From Eledone cirrhosa (Eukaryota), in NCBI GenBank assembly GCA_964016885.1, contig OZ024742.1, positions 311,116,001 to 311,180,000 on the forward strand: a stretch of DNA of 64,000 bases, written 5' to 3'. Below, one piece after another: positions 1 through 12,200 of the stretch. The notes beneath the pieces are model-generated. The model had not been told where the DNA came from. It worked only from the letters and a program-made list of their open reading frames with translations, and did not search any database. Made by a program: the position numbers and the translations under genes. Within the stretch, counting starts at the first letter, position 1. Each line of letters begins with the position of its first letter.

Positions 1-391
1 TATCGACCTCAAAAGTTGACCTCAGTGGGATTTGTACTCAGAGAGTAGAAGAGAACCCGAATGAATACTGCAAAGCATTCTATCTAACGTTCTGAAGACT
101 CTGCCAATTCACTGCACCTGAGATAAAATAAACAGTTTTGTATTGTAGAACCAAGAGTGGAGAGGTTTAGTATTGAAAGGGTTAATTAAGTAGTTTTACA
201 ACTGGAACCCTTTCATCATTTGGTATTCGAGATGTTGTCGGGAGCTGGGCTGCCGACAACAGAATTCTTGTCATCGTTGGTGGCTCGCCTCATCGTGGTG
301 TTATGTGATGCCTGCGATGCTATTTGGTTATTTTAGCATCTTAGCCTCTCTATTACCTGCAAGTGTGTTGGCTTGCATCAAGAATGATTAA

Positions 392-625
392 CTCTCTAAC
401 ATTTGAACCAGCTGTATCTGGCCAGAAACCTCTCATCTCTTTCTGTTCAAACCAACCGTAACTTGCTACTCAGACTGATGTTAAGGTATTGTTCTCAAAA
501 TAAATAATATCAAAATCTCATAGATTCAATATTATGTGAGATAATTATTTCAGATAAAGCTTTTACCATGAAAATACAATATTGTAAATAATGTAAATAG
601 TATATATAATGTAAATGCTAAGGGG
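392..625. mobile_element. piggyBac-like MITE, family A
   Basis: Same internal sequence, decayed TIRs, TTAA flanks. Confidence 0.75.
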
Positions 626-1113
626 TTAAAGGGAAACTCCAGCGTCCCTTGTTATGGTGTGTTTGAATGTGTCTTCTCCCTTCACTCTTCTTTTTTCCTT
701 ATTATCCCCCAGTATTTTTTCAGTACTGTATATATCTAGATAGGCTTTACATATGTTTTATTACTACTGATGAGTTAAACTGATCCATACATTAATTAAT
801 GCAAGGAGCAATAAACATCTTAGTAGAAATGGTAAATACAGTACAGAGATCATGTAAATTTCCATAATTTTATTCAAAAATGGTTCAAATATTACACTAT
901 GTTCATACATACATATGTACATATACATGTATATACGTTTTGTCCAGGTATGTATGTATGTTTAATCCACATATGTATGTATTAAACAAAATTAATAAAC
1001 GAAAATATTTAATCCATTAAAGAAATGGAAGCAAAAAAAAAAAAGAATAAAATCCAACTAAATTATTTATCCTGTGGCAATGTGATAAGTTGATATCGTT
1101 CCCCATGAGAGGT

Positions 1114-1144
<31 letters not shown>

Positions 1145-1563
1145 GTAAATAGGAGGGGTTTGTTTACATGTGAACCGAGTTTATGAACAAATTATGCATA
1201 CATTACTATGCAGGGCTGTGTAAGCATATTATGTGTCAGAAGTATATGTGTGTATACATATGTATATTATATATGTGTATGTGTGTATGTGTATGCGTGT
1301 ATGTGCATACATATGTACTCACATGCATATATATATATACACACACACACATATTTAGAAAGAAAATATTCGACCATGAACTCCTAGTTTCTGAATATTT
1401 ACTTCCTAAATATACCTACTCTGCATCCCATTATACATTGAGTACTACTTTAATCAGTAGTCTTTCCAGGCTTAGCACCATGGACACTCTCGCTCTCATA
1501 TATATATACACATAGTCAGTGGTACAAATGAAACAAGAAAAGGCAATCAACACATGAGGAGAC

Positions 1564-1566
<3 letters not shown>

Positions 1567-1642
<76 letters not shown>
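1567..1642. repeat. (AT)n microsatellite
   Basis: Pure dinucleotide run. Confidence 0.98.
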
Positions 1643-1646
<4 letters not shown>

Positions 1647-3971
1647 AATTTGGCTTAACTCTGCTCTACCAACATTTTCATGAGGGAAATATGTCTATAT
1701 CATCAGGTGATATTTATTTATATATATATACATATGGAGGCACATGGCTGAGTGGTTAGAGCATTGGCCTTGCAATCGAAAGTTGTGAGTTCAATTCTCA
1801 CACTGGGTGATGTGTTGTTTCCTTGAGCAAGACACTTTATTTCACATTGCTCCAGTTTACTCAACTGTAGAAATGAGATGACAGAAAACATTCAATGAAT
1901 ACCAAACACTTACCTCTTCAGCTGCAACACAAATGTGCACTGTGCAGCAAAATGTGTTAACCTAAAGTTGGACTTCAAAGACATATACACAATATTGTCA
2001 TTCCACAGACAAACCCAATCAATCGGGTGAAGATTCTGAATTTCATTGGTCATTGAAACATTGCTCTTGGGCTCACAACAGCTCGGAGTACATAGGCATA
2101 AAACAATGAACAGAATTTGACTGAATGATAAATAATTGTTTCTGCTTTTGGCACAAGGCCAGTAATTACTCCAGTGCATTACTGGTACTTTATTTTATCG
2201 ACCCCATAAGGATGAAAGGCAAAGTTAACCTTGGCAGGATTTGAACTCAGATCATAAAGGGCCGTAACTATTTGCTGGAAAGCATGGCGTCCGACCCTCT
2301 ACCGATACTGCCAATCAACCGAAATAATGACAGCCATCTGACAAGATCAAGCAATCATCATCATGTGTATATGTATATGTGTATGTGTTATGTGTGTAGA
2401 GAAGTATAGGTGTATCAGCATGTATGTGGTTTTCTTTTTTATGTATGTTTTGCATAAAATATGATCTGCAATTCTAACTTTAAATATATATTATAACATT
2501 TGCTATGGTCAAATTTCATTTTCATAATTGGTTTATCACAGGAGCAAGTGGGAGAAGGGAATAACTGATTGGATCAATGACCAACATATTACTGGTATTT
2601 ATATACATATATATATATATATTTTTTTTTCCACCGACCATGATGAGATGAAAATGTTAAACAGAAACACAAACACTGACATATAATCTCCTTTATTCTC
2701 ACTTTCCAGTAAATAGCATTAATCTTTGTGAAGTTGTACATATATGTGTGTATGTATATGTTAATATTCAGCAAATATGATTACTAAATTGCTAGAACAG
2801 ACAGACAATCAGACACACAGACAAATAGATAAATATTTTTTCTTCCCTTCTTTTTGTATATTCTGTTTTTACATTACAACTGATAGCTTTGCCATAGTAT
2901 GGTTCTTCGGGTAAAAAGGTGTAAGGTCTATTATCCCACCTTTATATATCAATTCTTTAAAAATAATTTCTTTTTTTTTTCTCAGTATTAATATATGAAA
3001 GGGAATAGTAGACTTTACCCCACATAACCTGAAGAGACATTTTATGGCAAAACTATGAGTCATGATGTAAAAAAGAAAAGAAAAAAGCCTGGCAGACAAA
3101 TATAGAGTTTTTTGTTTGAAAAGATTATGTATGGATAACATATCTTTAAAAATATAAATAAAGAATAAACCTGTACAATGGGCATAGGTTTGTCAACTAA
3201 AAGTTTCATAAGACAGAATGAGACATGGCCATTCTAGGATCTGTACACCAGCAATGTGGAAGATATATAATTGTGTATTTATTTAGTATATATTTTATTT
3301 TCATTTTCTGTTAAATCATTTTCTTAATGCTTATGAAGCCAAGTGCAGTAAATGCATATAAGAAAGTATATAAATGATTGAGTATATAAGTGAAAGCAAT
3401 GTGTACCGGATTCTATAATAGAATAATTGTATCTTACATTAATAATGATTATATAATAGTGATTTTTATGTTGTTATTTTGTTAGTCATTTTTTATTTAA
3501 TCCTATATAAGCTGTTACAAACTAACAAAGGTTGCAATTTTTTCAGTTCTGGTTATAGAAATACATTTGCAGTACAGCTTTTAGCATGCAAACTAGTCAA
3601 AGACCAAGGGCCATAAATATAGTACTGGTGTGATTCATCATCATCATTATCTAACATCCATTTTTACACACACACTAATAGGCTTGCAGGGTTCCTGTCT
3701 ACTGAATTCCACTCCCAAGACAGCTTTAGTAGACCCAAAGCTATTGTACAAGACAATTGCCCAAGATGTCACAGTGGGATCAAACATGGAACCATGTGGT
3801 TACAAAACAAACTTCTTTACCACACAGCCATTATTTTTTTATTATCCAGTCTTGTTGATACATTAGCTTTAGAAGCACAGATAAACACCACTATCACCTC
3901 CATCAACATCAAATCACATGGGATTTCATAATTTTGTCCTCTTAGTTTCAGTTCATTTATATATGAAATCA

Positions 3972-4266
3972 CCATCATCATCATTTTACGTCCATTTTTC
4001 CACGCTAGCATGGGTTAGACGAGTTGTCCTGCTGTGGGAAATGCCAGGTCAAGTGACCGTGTCTTGCTCATACAGAACTGAGGTCTCAAAGTCAACCTGA
4101 CAAAGACTAAGTTCCTAAGTAAGTAGAAGAGAAAACAGAGCCCAGATCCCCTCAGGGAAATTGCCTTGCTGTAGGAGAAGTGTAGGTAGAAATTCCATCC
4201 TCTGCTCCAAATGCAAACTTTGGGTACGCAAGAGATGTAGTGAGATCTCAGGAAGTTTAGCTAACA
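3972..4266. mobile_element. RTE fragments joined in opposite orientation (minus-strand tail plus plus-strand PHD region)
   Basis: 3972-4080 matches the RTE tail reversed; 4082-4266 matches about 29450-29635. Confidence 0.7.
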
Positions 4267-4697
4267 AGCTCTGTATTCATCATCACTTTCATCAACATGT
4301 TAACATCCACATTTGTTCATGCTAGCTAAGGCTGGGTTAGAACTAACTTTCATAAACCCCTCATCTTTATTTTTATCATCTTATCAATGTAGCACACAAT
4401 CCCTCAAATTCATCCTTGGTGAACAATGACTTCTTGTTCAATCAGTGGAACAGCCTGCTCATAAAATTAATAAGTAAGTGACTGAGCATTCCAGACATGT
4501 ACTCTTGACGTAATTCTCAGAGAGATTCAGGGTGGCACTCTGTGACAAGGCTGGTCCTTTAATTTGTGAGTACAGTCTGACAGGCTTCTAACCAGTTTCT
4601 GTCTATCTAATTTCGCAAACAAGACTTGGATCAACCCTAAGATGCTACACACATACTGACATATACATACATACACATATACATACATACACATATA

Positions 4698-4731
<34 letters not shown>

Positions 4732-4871
4732 CCTATACTTATAAACACAAACACACACAAACAAACAAACAAACACAAATGTTTGCTTTTATTTTTCTTC
4801 AGAAGCTGCATCTGATGAATGTAACAACCAGATTGAGTCAAAAAGTAAAAATGACCAATGAAAGTATTGTT

Positions 4872-6270
4872 GAGAGAGAGATATGCAGAGGCAGAGAGAG
4901 AGAGATATGGAGAGGCAGAGAGAGAGAGAGATATGCAGAGGCAGAGGGAGAGAGATATGGAGAGGCAGAGAGAGAGATATGCAGAGGCAGAGAGAGAGAT
5001 ATGGAGAGGCAGAGAGAGAGATATGGAGAGGCAGAGAGAGAGGGATGGGGAGACAAACAGAGAGAGAGATATGCAGAGGCAGAGAGAGAGAGATATATGG
5101 AGAGGCAGAGAGAGTGATATGGAGAGGCAAACAGAGAGAGAGATATGGAGAGACAAACAGAGAGAGAGATATGGAGAGGCAAACAGAGAGAGAGATATGG
5201 AGAGGCAAACAGAGAGATATGGAGAGGCAGAGAGAGAGATATGGAGAGGCAGAGAGAGAGATATGGAGAGGCAGAGAGAGAGATATGGGGAGACAAACAG
5301 AGAGAGAGATATGGAGAGGCAAACAGAGAGAGAGATATGGAGAGGCAGAGAGAGAGAGATATGGAGAGGCAGAGAGAGAAAGATATGGAGAGGCAGAGAG
5401 AGAAAGATATGGAGAGGCAAACAGAGAGTGAGATATGGAGAGGCAGATGGAGAGGCAAACAGAGAGAGAGATATGGAGAGGCAGAGAGAGAGATATGGAG
5501 AGGCAGAGAGAGAGAGATATGGAGAGGCAGAGAGAGAGAGATATGGAGAGGCAAACAGAGAGAGAGATATGGAGAGGCAGATGGAGAGGCAAACAGAGAG
5601 AGAGATATGGAGAGGCAGAGAGAGAGATATGGAGAGGCAGAGAGAGAGAGATATGGAGAGGCAGAGAGAGAGAGATATGGAGAGGCAGAGAGAGAGAGAT
5701 ATGGAGAGGCAGAGAGAGATATGGAGAGGCAGAGAGAGAGATATGGAGACAAACAGAGAGAGAGATATGGAGAGGCAGAGAGAGAGAGATATGGACAGGC
5801 AGAGAGAGAGAGATATGGAGAGGCAGAGAGAGATATGAAGAGGCAGAGAGAGAGATATGGAGACAAACAGAGAGAGATATGCAGAGGCAGAGAGAGAGAT
5901 ATGCAGAGGCAGAGAGAGATATGGAGAAGCAGAGAGAGATATGGAGAGGCAAAGCGAGAGAGATATGGAGAGAGAGAGACATGAAGAGGCAGAGAGAGAG
6001 AGATATGAAGAGGCAGAGAGAGAGAGAGATATGGAGAGGCAGAGAGAGAGATATGGAGAGGCAAACAGAGAGAGATATGCAGAGGCAGAGAAAGAGAGAT
6101 ATGGAGAGACAAACAGAGAGAGAGATATGGAGAGGCAGAGAGAGAGAGACATGAAGAGGCAGAGAGAGAGATATGGAGAGACAAACAGAAAGGCAGAGGC
6201 AGAGAGAGAGATAGGCAGAGAGAGAGATATGGAGAAGCAGAGAGAGATATGGAGAGGCAAAGCGAGAGAG
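4872..6270. repeat. Purine-rich minisatellite (GA)n-TATGGAGAGGCA, 18-26-bp units
   Basis: Visible tandem array; explains the overlapping low-complexity ORFs in both directions. Confidence 0.98.
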
Positions 6271-8075
6271 AAAGCTAATCTGGGGATGGTTTGAATGGTT
6301 TAATATCTAACATCATCAATCATCTATAGAATCATAGATTGAAATCAAAATCTAACACATATAAGATGAAACAAACCCATACATATACATACTTGTGCAT
6401 ATGCACATACACTTTCACACACATTGAACTTCTATCCCCACTTTTTAAAAAAATCCAAATATTCAACATCATCATCATCTTAACAACTGCTTTCCCTGCT
6501 AACAAGAGTTGGATGGGTCTACATAGACCAATTCTGTACTGAAGCAGGGCTATTGACCTCTCAGACAGGTCAGGGATCTGCATTTCACTAACATAAAAAT
6601 GAATACAAACATAATTAAGAAAAGCTCTGTAATTCTGACTACTACTTATTAGAAGAGACCACAGCTGTGACTCACTGAATGTTTTCCACCACACATATAT
6701 ATAAGTAGTAAGTGAGTGGCTGGTATTATCTTCTGAGTAAATAGGCCCTCTTTAGCCATGGGATCACTCTCTCAAAGATAGATATCTCTTACAAGAAAAG
6801 CTTGATGTGTGAAATATTAGATACAGCATCAATTATAGATGTTTTTTTAGTCTGACAATGAACAAAACAACATCTCTAGCTTTGGTGTCACATTAATAGA
6901 CACTCAGTATACTTTATAAAGTGTTTAATTTTATTGACTGTAGATAAAATAGGCTAGAGAGCACTGTTTAGTCTTGTTGAAGATGACACTCTCTCTACTG
7001 CTGCTGTCATGATAAAATGTACCTAGTACACCCTGTAACATAGTTGGTGTTAGAAAGGGCATCTACCTGTAAACACAATGCCAAATTATAGAACATACAA
7101 ATAAGAAGTGAATAAAAACTAACTCAGATTGAGACAACCTGTCCAACCCATAGCTTCATTTATATGCTACACATACAATGATATAAAAGTCTTTATATAA
7201 ACACACATAATATATATATGATCCTGCAAGAGCGCAGGCGAAACTCCAGAGTAACAAGACTCACTACATAGAGGGTGGTCATGTAGGTGACTTGACAAAA
7301 AGCGCCCAGTTCACACTGTAGAGTGATGTGTAGGAGTCACAACAAAAAGCACCCAGTACACACTGTAAATGTGGTTGGTGTTAGGAAGGGCATCCAGTCG
7401 TAGAAACCAAGCCAAAACCAGTCCTGTATGAGCAAAACATGGTCATTGGACCTGGCTTGTTTCACAACGGGGAAACTCATCTAACCCATGCAAACATGGG
7501 AAAATGGACGTTAAACAGTGATGGTGATGATATATGAATGTTGTGTATTCGTAAAAAGCAAGGTAAGTATTACTCTCTAAAAATTAATATTTATTTGAAA
7601 TGTAAGCGTCCCAATGAAGATGACTGTAATAATAGTTGGTCGCTATATGTTTGAGAAAGTACCCTTAGAGATGGACACACATGCATGCTCTCACTCACAC
7701 TCGAGCCAGTGGCCACCATCAATAAGGGAAACAAACATCACTAGCATTACAATTCCCAGGATGCAGCTGAATGCTGACACAAGTAGTCAGTCAATTTCAA
7801 ACAGTCAGGTGGAGGGCAGGTTTGCCATGCAGTGCACAGAAACTTCAAACCTACCAAAGATGCACACACAGAGTTAACACATCTGAGAAATACAGGATTT
7901 GGTCCCTCCCAGGTGCCTCTGTCCACTTTTTCCATCTCCAGGGGTACTTTATGCGATCAACTATTATTATGGGACACACGCAATTCAAATTTTAAATTTT
8001 CACAATGGTTCCTAAGTCAACCACATTTTTTTATATACTGTTCTAACCATTTTTGTTTCAAATTTTTATAGACTA

Positions 8076-8327
8076 CTAGCAAGAGAGCCTGTCATTGCTG
8101 GGCACACCTTTCACCACTGTAAATAATGACACCCTCTCTCTTCAACATGGAAGTCTTTAAATGGCCCCAAAACTCTGCTGTTTTAAAGGAGAGAAAGATT
8201 TAAACTATATGTTGACATGCTCCAGGAGCTAAATAATGTATCAAATTTAAACCAAATCAGATGGAAACTGTGGAAATGCATCGCCTGCATACAGACAGAC
8301 AGACATTTTCGTTTTTATATATATAGG
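8076..8327 (-). mobile_element. Non-autonomous Helitron
   Basis: The minus strand begins (C)CTATATATATAAAAACGAAAATGTCTGTCTGTCTG and ends with a decayed GC hairpin then CTAG|T, between A and T. Confidence 0.55.
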
Positions 8328-8727
8328 TTAGAACTATTATCAACATTTTGGAAGAATATAATGGTTTCTAATTTAGGCACAAAGCCAGCAATTTGGAGGA
8401 AGGGAGAAAAATTGATTATATTGACCCCAATACTCCACTGGTACTTTATTTTAATAATCTCAGTGGGATTTGAGCTCAGAACGTAAAAATACAGAACAAA
8501 TCATGCTAAGCATTTGTCCAATGCTTTAATGACTCTGCCAATCCACTGCTCTCAATTTTGGAATAATATAAATAAATAATAATATAAAGATTTTTCAAAT
8601 CTGTTACATTTTGTTTTGGGTATCACTGTGTGAGGCTACTGTCTCTCAAATGCTCAACATTCTATCAGTCTATTTGCTTACTATAGCAGTTTTTCAGGAC
8701 ACAATACAGACACACACATACAAAATA

Positions 8728-8813
8728 TAATATATATATATATATATATATACAGATATATATATATATATATATATATACAGATATATATATACATATA
8801 TATATATATACAG

Positions 8814-8894
<81 letters not shown>

Positions 8895-8988
8895 TACATA
8901 CATACACATATATTTACATATGTATATATGTGTGTGTCCGATTAAACCCGAGACTCACATGTATATATATATATATATATATATATAT
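8728..8988. repeat. (AT)n/(CA)n microsatellite block in the EXOC1 3'UTR region
   Basis: Dinucleotide runs beginning about 60 nt after the stop codon. Confidence 0.95.
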
Positions 8989-9047
8989 GTTTTTGAAGGT
9001 AGGAGGGAATCTTTTTGCTCTATTTTTCTGCAGGAATTAGTGAAGCT

Positions 9048-9200
9048 TTAATGTAACCGTGCAATATTGGAAAAGTAGTCAAGCACGTCAGCCATGCTGA
9101 ACTCAAGCGATATCAGAGAGTCGGGGTAACAGTTATTTATCAAATTTTCGTAATGTTTGTATGCTCGGATGAATTCATCTTGCATCGTATGCCAAACCAC
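9048..9200 (-). CDS. EXOC1: EXOC1 exon 24, last coding exon ([12 protein letters not shown]...YFSNIARLH*)
   Basis: ctctag| acceptor; TAA at 9050-9048; 153 nt. Confidence 0.96.
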   Translation of the reverse strand: MVWHTMQDEFIRAYKHYENLINNCYPDSLISLEFSMADVLDYFSNIARLH

Positions 9201-12200
9201 CTAGAGAGAAAAGAAAGTAAGAACATTATGTTAATATAAGGAAAAATTAATGATAATAATAATTGTTTCTACTTTAGGCACAAGACTATCAATTTGAAGG
9301 GGAGGGGAAAGTCGATTAAATCAATTCCAGTGCATTGCTGGTGCTTTATTTATCGACCCCATAAAGATGAAAGGCAAAGCTAACCTCGGCAGGATTTGAA
9401 CTCATAGCATAAAGGGCTGTAACTCAATGCCACTAAGCATGGTGTCTGACACAGTTGACCTCCTGTAGTGATATGGTTTGTTACTGTCTACTTAATACAG
9501 TGGACCTCCTGTAGTGATATGGTGTGTTTCTATCTACTTAATACAGTTGATATCATGTAGTGATATGATTTGCCATTCAATATTGTAATGATATCATTTA
9601 CTATATAGGAAGGAGTTAAAAATTAAAGCAGTGACTCACCTCAAACAGATTTTCCTCCTCACACAAGTGTTTTTCAACTTTGCGATACAAATGCTCCAGT
9701 CCTTTCTTCACCTGTCAAGTAAAAGTTGAAATATATAGAAACTTATACAATTCCTCATCATCCATTTCATCATTCTTGCATGGGCTGAAGAAGCTTTTCC
9801 AGCAGCACTTCCCTCTACTCATTACATTCTTGCATCATCTCCTCAGTTAGATTCAGAGTATTGAGTTCAGCTCTTACCATCTCTGCCCAGGTTTTCCTTG
9901 GTCTTCCTCTTCTGCAGCCTCCTTCCACTGGGAATTTCTGGTACTCTTTCACCCAGCAATCATCACCCATATGCTTCAAATGACTATACCAACACAGTCT
10001 TGTTTGATGCACACTACATTTGATTCCTCTTATCGCCAGTTTTTCTCTGAGCTCATCCATGCATATTAACATTACATATCCACCAGAGTATACTAATGCA
10101 GCATTTACCACCCATGTTTCACTTCCGTGTTACACTACACTTCACTTGCACGCACCACAGAGCCTTTCATTCATAGAGAGAAAACTCTTAGATAGGAAAT
10201 TCCATTTAAGAGATCTATTGAAAAGCTTCTCCAAAGACTTAGTGGATTATCAGAATTATTCAGTGGTCAACTCCAGTCTAAAGTGTAAAATGAATGGGAG
10301 TCAAATTCTCATGGATAAGATGCCAGAATATCACAAGCAACTTTTTTCAGAAGATACCATTGAGATACCAGTCAACTGAGGCATGTAAAATTCAATGTAT
10401 TGTCTACAAACAAAAACAAATGAACCATCAGTTGATTTGAACTGATGACACTTAACCGTTTAGCATTTAAATCAGCCATATCCAGCCATAATTCTCTCGC
10501 CTCTTTCTGTTCAAACTTGCTGAAATCGGGTGCTCATACTGATGTTAAGGTATTGTTCTTAAAATAAATAATATCAATATCTCGTAGATTCGATATTATG
10601 TGAGATAATTATGTTAGATAAAGTGTTTACCATGAAAATACAATAGTAACTATGGAGTAATGTAAATGCTAAAGGGTTCAAGTTGTAATTCAATACTTTA
10701 TCCACTCATTTAACATATTTTCCCTGCTAGTAAGGGCCATCACAGACCAAGTCAGTACTTAATCAGAACTACTAACTTCTAACATCCCACTTACATATAT
10801 TCCCACACTCTAGAGAGTACACTGGGTGCATTTTATCATGGCATTAACACAAGGGAAGTTTTCATGTCTTTGACACAACCAAAGAGTCCTCTCATCCTTT
10901 TTATTCAGTATGGTTTCTACAGCTGGATGCCCTTGCTATCATCAACCACATTATAGGGTATACATGACGTATGTTTCAAAGCACTAGAGAAGTTACTATC
11001 TCATGACTGAAAGGTCCTCTCAACTATTTTTGGTAAATATTCAATGTCGAATTATAAAAGTAAAGCTTACCTCCTTGCCAGGATATTCTTTAATTACTTT
11101 CCTTAGTTCCTGCTTGCTGAAGGCCAGCTGGTAACCAACTTCCTCCATTTTCACACCAGCAGCAACTCTACTTTCAACGCCTTCAAAGAATATCTGAAAA
11201 ATTGAAATAGTCAATCATCATCATCATTATATTCAAATTGAAATATTCAAAAAATATTATCATCATCATATCATAATAAAACTAATAAACATTTCATCTC
11301 ACTCTTATAAAAGATTTCGACTAAAATCTTACACTTTTCTTCCTCACAGCAAAACATTTTATTCCATGTTCCAAACTTTTCATAAGGAAAAAAATGTTGT
11401 GTATCAAATGTTCCTTACATTATTAAGTGCATGTGAGTGGTTGCCATAACCTAGTGAATTGTAAGGATTGACAAGTTGAAGCTTTCATAGGAAGGAATGT
11501 GGATGTTAAATGATGGTGATGATGATGTATTATTATTGATGAGTTAGCAGAATCATTAGTGTTTTGCTTAAGAACACAACACACAACCCAGCCCAGGAAT
11601 CGAACCCACGACATTATGATCGTAAGTCCACTAGGCCACATGCCTCCACAACCCATGTAAACCCTTATCAATTATAGTGTTATACCTACTTACAATAAAT
11701 TCATGGCATTTATTGAATATTAGTTGGACTGAACATTGAAAAGTCATCTGTCCTGTACAAGTAATAATGGAATACAAATGGTGGACTCTTGAGCCAGTAG
11801 GATAAAGATAAGAATAGAGATCCCATAACTCCTTGTGGAGTTGTAGAGGTACTGCCATACGGTGTATCTAGGGCACATTTAAACCTGGCGGAGCCTAACC
11901 CTAACCAGGTCTGAACGCAGTCAATTTTTTCTATAGAGGAAGAATCAACCCCAGTACTAGACTGGTACTTTTTTATCGACCTCGAAAAGATGAAAGGCAA
12001 AGTTGGCCCCGCTGGGATTTGAACTCAGAGTACGGGATAAGATAGAACGAATACCGTAAAGTATTCTATCCGATGTCTTAACGACTCTGCCAATTCGTCG
12101 CCTAGTAGACCAATACCTTAATGTCCTGGTCAACCTTAGTTGCTGGTCTTCTGTCAATTCCAACAACCAGTGTTCCAGTTGTTTGAACAATAGAACAACC

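Noticed and set aside
766-790. CTGATGA box (hammerhead or snoRNA C box)
   Set aside because: There is no following stem II plus GAAA and no convincing terminal stem or D box.
1113-1145. T11 followed by a G22 run as a G-quadruplex element
   Set aside because: It is a bare homopolymer whose length is unreliable, with no other support.
2541-2596. Plus-strand exon-like segment (cacag| ... |gtattt)
   Set aside because: It resembles a decayed MetaSINE-like 3' part, and no partner exons were found.
4527-6294. Overlapping long ORFs of 112-577 aa (SLSLCL..., RERDMERQ...)
   Set aside because: They are translations of a stop-poor GA minisatellite that is open in most frames.
9030-9050. Stop-codon readthrough of EXOC1
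   Set aside because: The stop is TAA followed by AGC, not a leaky TGA-CTAG context, and the C-terminus ends where homologues do.
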